Part shown: one piece after another, positions 1 to 8,516 of the stretch
Position numbering within the stretch: the stretch's first letter is position 1
How the letters are laid out: the number at the start of each line of letters is the position of its first letter
IMG/VR virus record: IMGVR_UViG_3300010206_000037
Span: 1-37,977 of that record
Origin: a virus
Taxonomy: Duplodnaviria > Caudoviricetes
Strand: one strand, 5' to 3'
DNA: 37,977 nucleotides
The notes under the pieces: generated by a model
Told to the model about the DNA's origin: nothing
What the model saw: the letters and a program-made list of their open reading frames with translations, nothing else
Database searches by the model: none
Position numbers and translations under genes: made by a program

Positions 1-3000
1 TTATTTTTCGGTCGCGGTGAAAACTCCGTCCCAGGCCACGTTTTCGGCGACAGGCGGATGGACTCGGTACTTTTCGCAGCGGTCTATGTAGACATGAGAA
101 GGAGTGGTTTTACTGCCGGGATCCCGATCAGGGTGATGGGGTTCCCATTGCAGACAAAGCTTGAATAGCGAAATGGCGCCATCCCAGTCCATAGCTTCGT
201 AGCGCTGCCGGGCTTTTTCCCAAATATCGACCAGCGTGAGCAAATCCGGGTGAGCGTCTTCGCGCAGGGACAGCAGTTCGAATGTTTCGACCGGTTCGCT
301 TTTTCCCACGACCCGGACCCGGTCCAGACTACGGTAGACAATGCTGCCTGGCACAAGGCCGCTCAGCGTTTCGCGTGAAATCTGTATGTAGGCTCCATAC
401 TGCTTGGCCGCGCTTTCCAGGCGGGCGGCCAGATTCACGGCGTCGCCCATCATGGTGTAATTCTTGCGCATGGCGCTGCCCATGTTGCCCGTGACGATTT
501 CGCCAGAATTGATGCCCACGCGCATGTGCATGTCGTGAACGATCGCGGGCCATTTATTTCCTTCCGAAGCCCATTTCTTGCGCAAATCCAAAAGCTTACG
601 CTGCATGAGCAGTGCAGTCACGCATGCGCTTTGCCTATGGTTTTCCAGAGGCATGGGCGCTCCGAAGAATGCCACGATGGCATCGCCTTCGTATTTGTCT
701 AGCGTGCCCTTGTTGGCGGTCAGCAGTTCGGTCATCGCGCTCAGGTACTCGTTCAGCAATTCCACCAGACGCGTAGGATCGCCTATGCGCTCCGAAAAAG
801 TCGAAAAGCCGGCGATATCGGTAAAGAACGCCGACAAATCGGTCTTGGAACCACCCAGGACGGGCTTCACTTCGTTCAGTACCATCTGGTCGATCAGTTC
901 CGGGGAAATGTATTGACGGAATGCATCGCTCAGAAAGCGCTTTTCCCTTTCTTCGAAAACGTAGCGGACGACCATCATGCCAAAAAAGCAGAAGACCAGG
1001 GTAAGTACCTGCCTGGCTACGCCAATATAAAGGCCACCCATAAAGTAGTTGTAACTCAGGTAATAGTATCCCGCCACCGAAAAAACCAGGATCAGCAAAG
1101 AGTACATGGGCTTCAGGAAACTCGCCACCAGCACGCAATACATGGCGATGGCCAGTATGATCAGGAATTGTTCATTGTCGCCCAGAATGCTCATAAAACT
1201 GTTGTTCAGAATATTTTCGATCAAGGTCGCATGGATCAAGACCCCGGGAAACTCCGATTCGTGCGGAGCGCTCACCAAGTCGAACAGGGCCGGCGCCGTA
1301 GAGCCCAGAATAAAAATCTTGCCCTGATAAACACCGGGATCGATCCGTCCCGCTAGAATATCGTAATAGGATATCTGCTTGAAACTGCGCTGTGTTGAAG
1401 TAACCGAATAGCGCCCTTTGAAGCGGATCTGCATGCGGTTCTGTTCATCCACGGGGATGCGCACAACGTCACCCAGGCGGAGGGCGGGGTCCTGGGAGCG
1501 TAATTGCTGGAAGTCGGCGGTGTCGGATTCAAGCAAGTCCTCCATGACCGAATTGCTCAGAATGATAAAATTGGACCGCCAGCCGTTGTCGTGCCGCAAA
1601 TACTTGAGATCCATATCGGAAGAGAGGTATTTACTGGTACGCGGTGGCAACGACAGGATATCGGTTCGATAATCACGGATCGCGTCGAATGTATAACGGT
1701 CGATGGTTGCCGAGACTTCGTCATCGCCCTTCGCATATTCGAATAATGGCAATTCTTCGTCCTCGCTCCATTGGACTTGCAAGTATTCGCCTAGCGAGAT
1801 GGCGGAATCTTTAGCCTGCAACAAGCGCGCCCATGTCGACTGGGAGTCCAGAACGGCGTCCACCATGGCAGCATGCAGGGTCTGCGCATTGAATATGTCC
1901 ACGCTCAGGACCCCGGTGGAATCCCTGCGGGCCACCACCCGAGTACTGATATCCGTGACGTTTTCCAGCGTGGAATCCTTTTCGATCTTGCGCAGGATGT
2001 CTTTCTTTGCAAGCAAGGATCGGAGCATTGGCCAGGTCAGGTTTGGATAGGTTGTACGAAGCAGGCCGCTGCTGTCGCGGAAAATCCCCAGGGGTTTTCC
2101 AAGCTCCACAAAGCGGCCCGGCTCCAACCGCAAATCGCTGGACTTCATGCCATAGAGGTGCAGGACCGTTTGGAGGCTTATGATGGGGTAGTAGGCGACT
2201 TTCGCATCGGGATACAGTTCCGGATTGGGAAAACCATGCAACAAAGGAACTTTGCGATGGACCCCGTCATCGTCCGGAGTGACATTCACCAGGCCCAAAC
2301 GACCCGCACGGGCCAATTCCGGATAAATATTGTCGAGCAAATCCAATTTGTCGCAGCTGCCATCGGGAACTTGGGTCGCTGAAACCGTATGCTCGGTCCC
2401 AATTTCCTGCTGCCAGCGAGGTTCGCTCAGTGGGCGCCACTGGGTTTCGTGGACATAGATTTTTCGCGATGCCATCAGGGCGCAAACAATCGCGTTCCCA
2501 TTGTGCCGCACGGAATGCACAAGAACGGAATCGTGATTGAGAGCGCTACGGAATGCGGCCGAATCGCGTTCCCAGGGGATGCCGGGCTTGATTTTGCGCA
2601 CCACATCCAGCAATTCATTGGTCTTGCCTTTGCCGAAATCCGCATTCTTGAATAAAATATCGAACGTAACCGCCGAAGCGCCTCCGGCTCCCAGTTCATC
2701 GAGAATACGGGCATGGTGGGTACGTGGCCAAAGATTGTAGGCACCCAGGCGATCGAGTGAACGTTCGTCGATGTCGACCACCTGTATGCGGTCTTCCAAA
2801 GTCTGGTTTTGTTGAACTTTGGCCGAATCGCTGACCGATATTTCGTCACCTAGAGTATTCAGCTTGAAGGTGAGATCGTAAAAGATACGCTCCAGCTGGG
2901 TCATATAGCCCGGAATCAGTCCATGGCCAAGTGACAACCAGAAGACAAAAACAGCAATGCCTAGCCCGGTCAATAGACCCGTGAGAGTTCTTTTGGTTGT

Positions 3001-3021
3001 TTTGGCAAGTCGTAGGTTCAT
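1..3021 (-). CDS. Host membrane adenylate/guanylate cyclase (CHASE2 sensor + TM helices + class III cyclase domain)
   Basis: N-terminal TM helix; CHASE2 motifs (IQVVDIDERSL, WPRTHHA, FDILF, PDDDGVHR, PGVLIHAT); three TM helices; cyclase motifs FTDIAGFS, DKYEGDA, RVGINSG, YTMMGDAVNLAARLE. The Lys in KYEGDA suggests ATP specificity. Confidence 0.93.
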   Translation of the reverse strand: MNLRLAKTTKRTLTGLLTGLGIAVFVFWLSLGHGLIPGYMTQLERIFYDLTFKLNTLGDEISVSDSAKVQQNQTLEDRIQVVDIDERSLDRLGAYNLWPRTHHARILDELGAGGASAVTFDILFKNADFGKGKTNELLDVVRKIKPGIPWERDSAAFRSALNHDSVLVHSVRHNGNAIVCALMASRKIYVHETQWRPLSEPRWQQEIGTEHTVSATQVPDGSCDKLDLLDNIYPELARAGRLGLVNVTPDDDGVHRKVPLLHGFPNPELYPDAKVAYYPIISLQTVLHLYGMKSSDLRLEPGRFVELGKPLGIFRDSSGLLRTTYPNLTWPMLRSLLAKKDILRKIEKDSTLENVTDISTRVVARRDSTGVLSVDIFNAQTLHAAMVDAVLDSQSTWARLLQAKDSAISLGEYLQVQWSEDEELPLFEYAKGDDEVSATIDRYTFDAIRDYRTDILSLPPRTSKYLSSDMDLKYLRHDNGWRSNFIILSNSVMEDLLESDTADFQQLRSQDPALRLGDVVRIPVDEQNRMQIRFKGRYSVTSTQRSFKQISYYDILAGRIDPGVYQGKIFILGSTAPALFDLVSAPHESEFPGVLIHATLIENILNNSFMSILGDNEQFLIILAIAMYCVLVASFLKPMYSLLILVFSVAGYYYLSYNYFMGGLYIGVARQVLTLVFCFFGMMVVRYVFEEREKRFLSDAFRQYISPELIDQMVLNEVKPVLGGSKTDLSAFFTDIAGFSTFSERIGDPTRLVELLNEYLSAMTELLTANKGTLDKYEGDAIVAFFGAPMPLENHRQSACVTALLMQRKLLDLRKKWASEGNKWPAIVHDMHMRVGINSGEIVTGNMGSAMRKNYTMMGDAVNLAARLESAAKQYGAYIQISRETLSGLVPGSIVYRSLDRVRVVGKSEPVETFELLSLREDAHPDLLTLVDIWEKARQRYEAMDWDGAISLFKLCLQWEPHHPDRDPGSKTTPSHVYIDRCEKYRVHPPVAENVAWDGVFTATEK

Positions 3022-3041
3022 AGCCCATGAAACATAACATT

Positions 3042-3340
3042 TGGCAAAGAGTAAGCCAAAGCGGAAGTAATGAGAGACGAGCGGAAGTATCTAAATCGTT
3101 GTAAGTCTTTGTTTTTTATAATGTTTCGCCTCTCACACACCCGCAGAATCAATGTTTCGCACTTTTGCCGTTTTTGCGCAAATTCTGCGGGTTCTTTCCG
3201 GTTGGTTCTAGGAACGTTCGGTTTAATTGAGAGAAAAACGAAGGTAGTGAAAAGGCTTATTATTAGCGTTCACTAAGGCTTGAAGGCTTTTTGAAGTGGT
3301 ACAGCCTATTTTGGTTTGCGGAAATATTTTGCGGAACAAC
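3042..3340. repeat. Candidate prophage end with transposase-binding repeats
   Basis: GCGGAAGTA at 3061 and 3081; AATGTTTCGC (GCGAAAC on the minus strand) at 3120 and 3151; GCGGAA again at 3318 and 3331. The layout resembles the GCGAAA-ended MuA sites at Mu ends. Confidence 0.6.
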
Positions 3341-3356
3341 TTTGAGGTGATGAGAC

Positions 3357-3399
3357 AAAAAGAGCCTCTCCAGCTTTGACTAGAGAGGCTCTTTTTTTT
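3357..3399. terminator. Bidirectional intrinsic terminator at the end of the leftward operon
   Basis: AAAAAGAGCCTCTC (3357-3370) / GAGAGGCTCTTTTT (3383-3396) perfect inverted repeat with T-tracts on both strands, just past the stop at 3406. Confidence 0.9.
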
Positions 3400-3405
3400 G
3401 TGAGG

Positions 3406-4182
3406 TCAATTAGGCTTTTGCGACTTCTTTGCCATAATGATCTGGAACTCGTCCAAGGTCGGTGCGGTGAGGGTACCTTGTCCATGAGGGTTTCCCCGCA
3501 TTGTGGGGGTGCCTAGCTTGGTCATACGGCTGGTGAGGTAATGTTGCACCATTTGCTTGGCCTCGTAAGAATTGACAGGGCTGAGTAGCCTTTCCCAGCC
3601 ATAGTGGGCAACCACTGTGCCTATAAATGGGTCGTTGAAAGATATCTCGGCCTTGTTCTGGGCCAACTGGGCAGTACGTTGGAGCAGCATGGGCAAGAGC
3701 AAAGCCAGCTTTTGGGCTTCGGCATCGTCAACTTTTGACCCGGAATTTCGTGGTTTCCATCGCCTAAATGCCGCTTTCCAGTCAGCCAAGGCTAGCCCAG
3801 AGGACATTTTCCAACCGGTTTGGGAGTAGTAATTGAAGCAATCTTGCGCAGTTCTATCATCCAAGCCTACGGATTGCGCATACTCAATGGCCTCCTCTTC
3901 ACTTGCTGGTCGGTTACCTGTATTTGCTCGACCCTGACGCTTGCTCAATTTGATACCCATGATACAGAAGCCATCCATCAGTCCATAGGCAGGGCTTTGC
4001 ATGAAATACGTAATGCGGGTTGAGATGGATTGTCCTGTTTCAGCCCCGTCATCGGTCACTTCAAACATGACGAGACGATCTCCCACCTTGTAATCCCGAT
4101 CTGTCTTTCGCACCTCAAACATCTTGTTGCCTAAAACGATTTCGGAAAAGTATCGGCTTCTGACTTTTAGTATGTGTTCCAT
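3406..4182 (-). CDS. ASCH/DUF3850-domain protein fused to phage replication-organiser-like domains
   Basis: N-terminus HILKVRSRYFSEIVLGNKMFEVRKTDRDYKVGD is ASCH/DUF3850-type. The middle has EEAIEY..FNYYSQTGW..DWKAAFRRW and the C-terminus has FNDP..GW. Confidence 0.7.
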   Translation of the reverse strand: MEHILKVRSRYFSEIVLGNKMFEVRKTDRDYKVGDRLVMFEVTDDGAETGQSISTRITYFMQSPAYGLMDGFCIMGIKLSKRQGRANTGNRPASEEEAIEYAQSVGLDDRTAQDCFNYYSQTGWKMSSGLALADWKAAFRRWKPRNSGSKVDDAEAQKLALLLPMLLQRTAQLAQNKAEISFNDPFIGTVVAHYGWERLLSPVNSYEAKQMVQHYLTSRMTKLGTPTMRGNPHGQGTLTAPTLDEFQIIMAKKSQKPN

Positions 4183-4191
4183 AGCATTCCC

Positions 4192-4473
4192 CTATTGTTG
4201 TATTACATTGGCGTCAATAATTGTCAGTACATAGTACCTAGTCCCATTTGCGGCACCCCATTCAGACCTGCCAATCCCTTTGGATATGTGGACATTGATC
4301 AAAGCCATTGGCGAGTTCTTAGCATATCCAGCACGAATCAGAACCATTTTGAATGATCCAAGAAACCTATCGAATCGAGCCGCATAATATGGTGTACAAT
4401 CCCGGTATTCCTCCTTCTTTTCTCCATTCACAATTTTATTGAACCAGTGTCGCTTAATCGGAAGAGTTAACAT
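4192..4473 (-). CDS. ASCH-domain protein
   Basis: LTLPIKRHWFNKIVNGEKKEEYR..GY signature; GGAG RBS upstream. Confidence 0.8.
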   Translation of the reverse strand: MLTLPIKRHWFNKIVNGEKKEEYRDCTPYYAARFDRFLGSFKMVLIRAGYAKNSPMALINVHISKGIGRSEWGAANGTRYYVLTIIDANVIQQ

Positions 4474-4486
4474 GGGGTCTCCACGT

Positions 4487-4508
4487 AAAAGGCCGCTTGC
4501 GCGGCCTT
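4487..4508 (-). terminator. Intrinsic terminator after the LexA-like gene
   Basis: Minus strand reads AAGGCCGC-GCAA-GCGGCCTT then TT: a perfect 8-bp stem, GNRA loop and short U-tract. Confidence 0.7.
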
Positions 4509-4510
4509 GG

Positions 4511-4756
4511 TTAGATTTGGTATTCGAAAGCTTCGGGATTCTGCGTCAGTTTGATACCCCTCGACACCCTCGGCGTGATGGTTATCGCTCCTTTGCGCAC
4601 CAGGGCGCTCAGGTGCGACCGCACTCCATTAGTACTCGATATGCCGAATTCATCCCCGATCTCCCGCACAGTTGGTGGACGACTGTGCTTTTGCATATAG
4701 GACCTTATGAATACAAGCATTTCGGACTCCTTTGGAGTGAGAGCGCAGGTATTCAC
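4511..4756 (-). CDS. LexA-type winged-HTH DNA-binding protein (no peptidase domain)
   Basis: LTPKESEMLVFI..PPTVREIGDEFGISSTNGVRSHLSALVRKG..SRGIKL matches the LexA N-terminal domain. The GTG start overlaps the upstream stop; 81 aa. Confidence 0.85.
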   Translation of the reverse strand: MNTCALTPKESEMLVFIRSYMQKHSRPPTVREIGDEFGISSTNGVRSHLSALVRKGAITITPRVSRGIKLTQNPEAFEYQI

Positions 4757-4977
4757 GATACCTCCAGCTCGGATTCCTGCAACCATTCCTCGTGCCTTTC
4801 CGAATTGAACCACCACAGAACGAGGTACTTGTGATGATTTCCATAGTCGGCCCTAGCAAGCACAAGCCCGTCCCAGCCATCCAAAGGTTTGATCTTTACT
4901 GGCTGGCGCAGATTGAACGTCCACAGGGTGGGAAGCGGCTTGAGCAACTCTACGGGGACTCCGTTTTCTGAGCTCAT
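4753..4977 (-). CDS. Small hypothetical protein (possible SH3/YodC-like fold)
   Basis: ATG 4977 is coupled to the upstream stop and has a GGAGG RBS; FNLRQPVKIK..GLVLAR..YLVLWW..EEWLQESEL. Confidence 0.6.
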   Translation of the reverse strand: MSSENGVPVELLKPLPTLWTFNLRQPVKIKPLDGWDGLVLARADYGNHHKYLVLWWFNSERHEEWLQESELEVS

Positions 4978-5198
4978 CGTATGGCCTCCACGAGCGTCCA
5001 GCGGTTGATGGCCCTGTCGAATACCAGTGCGGCCCAGGTACGCCCACGCTGCAGCACTAAGTTGAATCCGATCACCGAGACTGACTTGCGCTCCGCAACT
5101 TTGTAGCCCTTGGATTCGCAGAGTTTGAGCGCCCCATGTTCGGTGGCCTCCATGGGGAATTGTAACTGGATCTGACCTCGCTTCACTTGGCCCTCCAT
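4974..5198 (-). CDS. Hypothetical protein
   Basis: 74-aa ORF that fills the operon and overlaps both neighbours. Confidence 0.55.
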   Translation of the reverse strand: MEGQVKRGQIQLQFPMEATEHGALKLCESKGYKVAERKSVSVIGFNLVLQRGRTWAALVFDRAINRWTLVEAIR

Positions 5199-5632
5199 TC
5201 AAACGAGATGTAGCGGTCGCGGTTGGCGTTATAGATGAGGCCCTGATCATCTTCCAGATCATTGTAATGGTCACCCCCGAAGGCGCGGACACTGGTATAC
5301 ACCAACCAAGCCTTGATCATGGACATACCACCAGCTATCAGCATATCCAGCAACAGCTTGTCGGCCCGCTCCCTGGAAAGGAATCCGTGGTAGTTGACGT
5401 CATGGATGACCCATGCAAGTGCAATGGCGGGATCGCCGACCTGCGGAATCACAGGATTGATCAGACTGGATCCGCTGCGGAAGTCGGTAATGTAACCAAC
5501 TCTCAATTTGTAAAGCAGTGTGCCAGGCTCGTCATCCGTTTGGATGGAGACAAATGCAGGAACTGCCATTTTCCATAGTCCGTCACCTTTAACGGCCCAG
5601 TAGAATTCATCAGGAGTACGTCTTACAAGCAT
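5183..5632 (-). CDS. DUF1353-family protein
   Basis: GYITDFRS..AWVIHDVNY..SRERADKLLLDML..VYTSVRAFG pattern. Confidence 0.8.
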   Translation of the reverse strand: MLVRRTPDEFYWAVKGDGLWKMAVPAFVSIQTDDEPGTLLYKLRVGYITDFRSGSSLINPVIPQVGDPAIALAWVIHDVNYHGFLSRERADKLLLDMLIAGGMSMIKAWLVYTSVRAFGGDHYNDLEDDQGLIYNANRDRYISFEWRAK

Positions 5633-6168
5633 GGGTTCAACTCCATCCTTGAACGAGGCCGGACATAGCCATCTTCGTCCACTTGCCCTGCCCTATGCAT
5701 GGCCAGCAGGTCAGATGGCTTAAGTCCAAAGGATTTTTGAAAGTGTGGCATGTCCTTGAAGCCGTTCCAGTCGCCACCCCACTCCCAACCGTGGGCTTTG
5801 AAGATCCGTACCACCTCCATCCAGTCAGAGATACCGTCCTTGTCGAAGTCGGTCAAGGTGTCCCAGCTTGCCGATTCGCATGAACCGTTTCCGTCCTTGT
5901 CCACAACCAGTACGATGTCCACTGCGAGGCCGTAGTTGTGCATGCTCAAACCCGCTGGAGCATTGGTCACCTTTTTCCCGGGAGCGGTGCGACCCTGTGC
6001 ATAAAGCTCAGCTTGCGCGTCAAAGGAGCTAAGTACCCGGGTGAACCGGACCATAGCACTGCCACTCAGTGCGCTGACTATTTTTTGGTAAATCAGTTTA
6101 AGGTCATGCCGAACGGCAGGATGAGCAGTCTTGATTCGATCTAAGGTGATTGCGTCTTGTTTGGTCAT
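5623..6168 (-). CDS. Endolysin, M15 family (L-Ala-D-Glu peptidase type)
   Basis: QAELYAQGRTAPGKKVTNA..SMHNYGLAVD..WGGDW..DMPHFQ, the zinc peptidase SxH..D..H motif. Confidence 0.92.
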   Translation of the reverse strand: MTKQDAITLDRIKTAHPAVRHDLKLIYQKIVSALSGSAMVRFTRVLSSFDAQAELYAQGRTAPGKKVTNAPAGLSMHNYGLAVDIVLVVDKDGNGSCESASWDTLTDFDKDGISDWMEVVRIFKAHGWEWGGDWNGFKDMPHFQKSFGLKPSDLLAMHRAGQVDEDGYVRPRSRMELNPCL

Positions 6169-6172
6169 AGGA

Positions 6173-6310
6173 TTACCATGTGACGGTGGTGGTGAGTATT
6201 GCCGCTGCGAACCAGTAGACTACCTTGCGGGCATCGCCGTGCGTGGCGTAGACACCTGCGGCGCAGATGTCGAGCGCAATCAGGACGGTTGGGAAAATAC
6301 GTGGATCCAT
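6173..6310 (-). CDS. 45-aa two-TM membrane protein, holin candidate (not in ORF track)
   Basis: MDPRIFPTVLIALDICAAGVYATHGDARKVVYWFAAAILTTTVTW; AAGGA RBS; ATG overlaps the upstream TAA; ends 4 bp before the endolysin start. Confidence 0.7.
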   Translation of the reverse strand: MDPRIFPTVLIALDICAAGVYATHGDARKVVYWFAAAILTTTVTW

Positions 6311-6516
6311 TAAATTTCCTTGGTTGAAAGGCCGCAACGCTGGCGGAGGTCTTGTTCATAGCATGCTTCGCACTCCTGGGTAGGCCGATGGACTCGGCCT
6401 CGTGCTTGCATCGGTTTCGATTTGCACAGCGCGCCGTTGCATACGAACTGTGCGGAGCATCCCCAAGAGCGGGATATGGCCGGGAAGAGAATGCCTTCGG
6501 CGCGTGTGCTGGTCAT
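6310..6516 (-). CDS. Small Cys-rich hypothetical protein
   Basis: 68 aa, six Cys including CEAC; starts 2 bp after the DUF3164 stop. Confidence 0.55.
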   Translation of the reverse strand: MTSTRAEGILFPAISRSWGCSAQFVCNGALCKSKPMQARGRVHRPTQECEACYEQDLRQRCGLSTKEI

Positions 6517-6518
6517 GG

Positions 6519-7145
6519 CTAGGCCTCTGTCGCCGCGTTGAAGTTAAGGCACACCTTGTGCCAGTTCTCTCCCGCTTCAGTGATTTCCTTGGAGGCGAAG
6601 CTCACATATTGTCGGCTGGACTTTGTCACGATGCTATCCTTCAGGATGGCCATGGCCTTCTGCCATTTCGGGTCCTTGATATCAAGGTGGAGCAACTTCA
6701 TGATCATGGCCGTGTTGACGCGACCCTGCTTGTCCACGTTGAACGCCTGGGACACCACCTTGGCCAGTGCATCGTCCACTCCGTTCAGGCGGTCGCGCAG
6801 CCAGTCGTCGATCTGTGTCTTGACGATCTGCAAGGACTCGCTGAATCCGACCTGGTCATCCATGTTTCGCTGGATTCGGAGCGAGCCGTCGAAGCTGTCC
6901 AAGCTGATGTTGCCCTTCCAGTTCTCCTTGACCTTGTTGGCCTTGGCGAGCTTGGCCAGGTAGGTGTCGAGCTCGCAGAGAGCTTCGACTCGGAATGCCG
7001 CGATGGCTTCTTCGAGCTTGAGCGCCTTCTTGAAGATGCGCTCCACCATCGCGTCGCGATCGCGGTCGAGTTCGGGAACGTATTCTTGGGGCACAGCCTT
7101 GCCGCGAGAGTCGATCCAGTTACCGTCTTTGTCTTTCTTAGCCAT
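6519..7145 (-). CDS. DUF3164-family protein (Mu-like early gene)
   Basis: WIDSRGKAVP..KGNISLDSFDG..AFNVDKQGRVN..W..AM..LKDS..YV.F pattern. Confidence 0.88.
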   Translation of the reverse strand: MAKKDKDGNWIDSRGKAVPQEYVPELDRDRDAMVERIFKKALKLEEAIAAFRVEALCELDTYLAKLAKANKVKENWKGNISLDSFDGSLRIQRNMDDQVGFSESLQIVKTQIDDWLRDRLNGVDDALAKVVSQAFNVDKQGRVNTAMIMKLLHLDIKDPKWQKAMAILKDSIVTKSSRQYVSFASKEITEAGENWHKVCLNFNAATEA

Positions 7146-7608
7146 GAGAGGCCTCCTGTTGGTTGTATGTGCGGTTGTATTGTTCGGGGGACTTCGCCCC
7201 CATGCTTTGGATTGCCTTGATCAGATCCTGTGCCTGGCGCTTACCTATCCAGCGTACCGAACGTACCCCCGTTATACGCAGACACATGGCATCCAGCGCC
7301 TTGCGCTTGTCCTCGGTGGTGGGCTGGGTGCTTATGCCCATCCACATGGCTTCAATGGCCCTGATCTGGGCGGGAGTGGCCTTGTCGCGGTTGCGGTCGC
7401 CGAGGTCGGAGAAGCGCTTGCGGGTACTTTTGCCGTTCAGCTGGGATTGCAGGGAGCGACCAAGCGCCTGTAGCTGCGGGGCGGTCAGTTTCTTGGAGCT
7501 TTCGACACCATAGTTGTCGCGCAAAAGATCGCGGTACCCAGCTTCGTCCATGCCGAGGAGGTGCGTCATGGCGTGGAGCGAGCGGGATGTATAAACGGGG
7601 GCGGTCAC
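7138..7608 (-). CDS. GemA/Mu gp16-like regulatory protein (DUF1018)
   Basis: LGMDEAGYRDLL..GVESSKKLT..QIRAIEAMW..ALDAMC.RITG..LIKAIQSM; GTG start overlaps the MuB stop. Confidence 0.85.
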   Translation of the reverse strand: MTAPVYTSRSLHAMTHLLGMDEAGYRDLLRDNYGVESSKKLTAPQLQALGRSLQSQLNGKSTRKRFSDLGDRNRDKATPAQIRAIEAMWMGISTQPTTEDKRKALDAMCLRITGVRSVRWIGKRQAQDLIKAIQSMGAKSPEQYNRTYNQQEASHG

Positions 7609-8507
7609 CGTGCGACCGCCAGCATATCGGAGGCGCTGTGCACCACGTCGCTGGTGAGCGTTGCGAGGCCGTTCTTGCGCATGATTTCGGTGCACCAGCG
7701 GAGCAGATTGGAAAGCAGGCGCATGTTGCGGTTGCAGGCGCGTTGTACCGAGGTGAAGGCCTGCGTGTCCACGGATTCGAAGCGGCTGTCAAGAACTGCA
7801 TGAATATCAGTGTCCTTGAGCAAGCCCAGCTTGCGGGCGGCGGAGATGCGGCTGTAGATCTGCGCGTAATACATGGACTCACCGCGTAGCTTCTCGATCA
7901 GGCGGGGCATGCCAACCAGGCCGATGCCGACGCCCGCCTTGTCGAAGACGCGACGGATCAATTCGAGCGTACGGTAGTTGAAGTGCTCTGCTTCGTCGAT
8001 CAGCACCAGACGGCCCGTATCCTTGAGTTCCTCGACCACTTGTTCGAGCTTGTCGTGCAGGCTGCCCTGCGGGGTGATCTTGAGGCGGCGGCACAAGTCC
8101 TTGAACAAAGCGTTGGCCGTGTAGCCGTGGTCGGCCTCGATCAGGATCACGCTAGGGTGCTCCTTGGCATAAGCCTTGAGGGCCGTAGTCTTGCCTATCC
8201 CTGCGTCGCCAGTGAGCACGCCCATGATGCGGTGGGCATTCACGACCGAGCAGAACTCCTGCACCGCGTTGTAAATGGTTGTTGGCACCAGTTCAGATTT
8301 GGCCGATCCCCCGACTTCCTGCCGCTGGCGGGCCGAGTCCAGGTAGTCACGCACCTTGGCGGCGACATCGTCGTTGTTGCCCTGGTATTTGCCCTTGAGC
8401 CAGTAGCTGAGCGTTGCGTCGCTGATGCCGCAAGCGGTGGCCACCGCGCTCTGGCTGGTGCCGGTGGACTTCATGTGCTGTTTCAGTTCTTCGATCAGGG
8501 TGTGCAT
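7605..8507 (-). CDS. MuB-like transposition AAA ATPase with N-terminal HTH
   Basis: HTH (SQSAVATACGISDATLSYWLKGKY), Walker A GDAGIGKT, Walker B LVLIDEAE, LVGMP; lies directly downstream of the transposase. Confidence 0.95.
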   Translation of the reverse strand: MHTLIEELKQHMKSTGTSQSAVATACGISDATLSYWLKGKYQGNNDDVAAKVRDYLDSARQRQEVGGSAKSELVPTTIYNAVQEFCSVVNAHRIMGVLTGDAGIGKTTALKAYAKEHPSVILIEADHGYTANALFKDLCRRLKITPQGSLHDKLEQVVEELKDTGRLVLIDEAEHFNYRTLELIRRVFDKAGVGIGLVGMPRLIEKLRGESMYYAQIYSRISAARKLGLLKDTDIHAVLDSRFESVDTQAFTSVQRACNRNMRLLSNLLRWCTEIMRKNGLATLTSDVVHSASDMLAVAR

Positions 8508-8516
8508 GGATGCTCC

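Noticed and set aside
3061-3160. Short spaced repeats as a CRISPR array
   Set aside because: Repeats are only 9-10 bp, in mixed orientation, with no cas genes; they fit transposase-binding sites better.
6165-6359. 64-aa minus ORF from the track
   Set aside because: The alternative frames (6310-6516 and 6173-6310) show translational coupling, an RBS and a coherent two-TM product.
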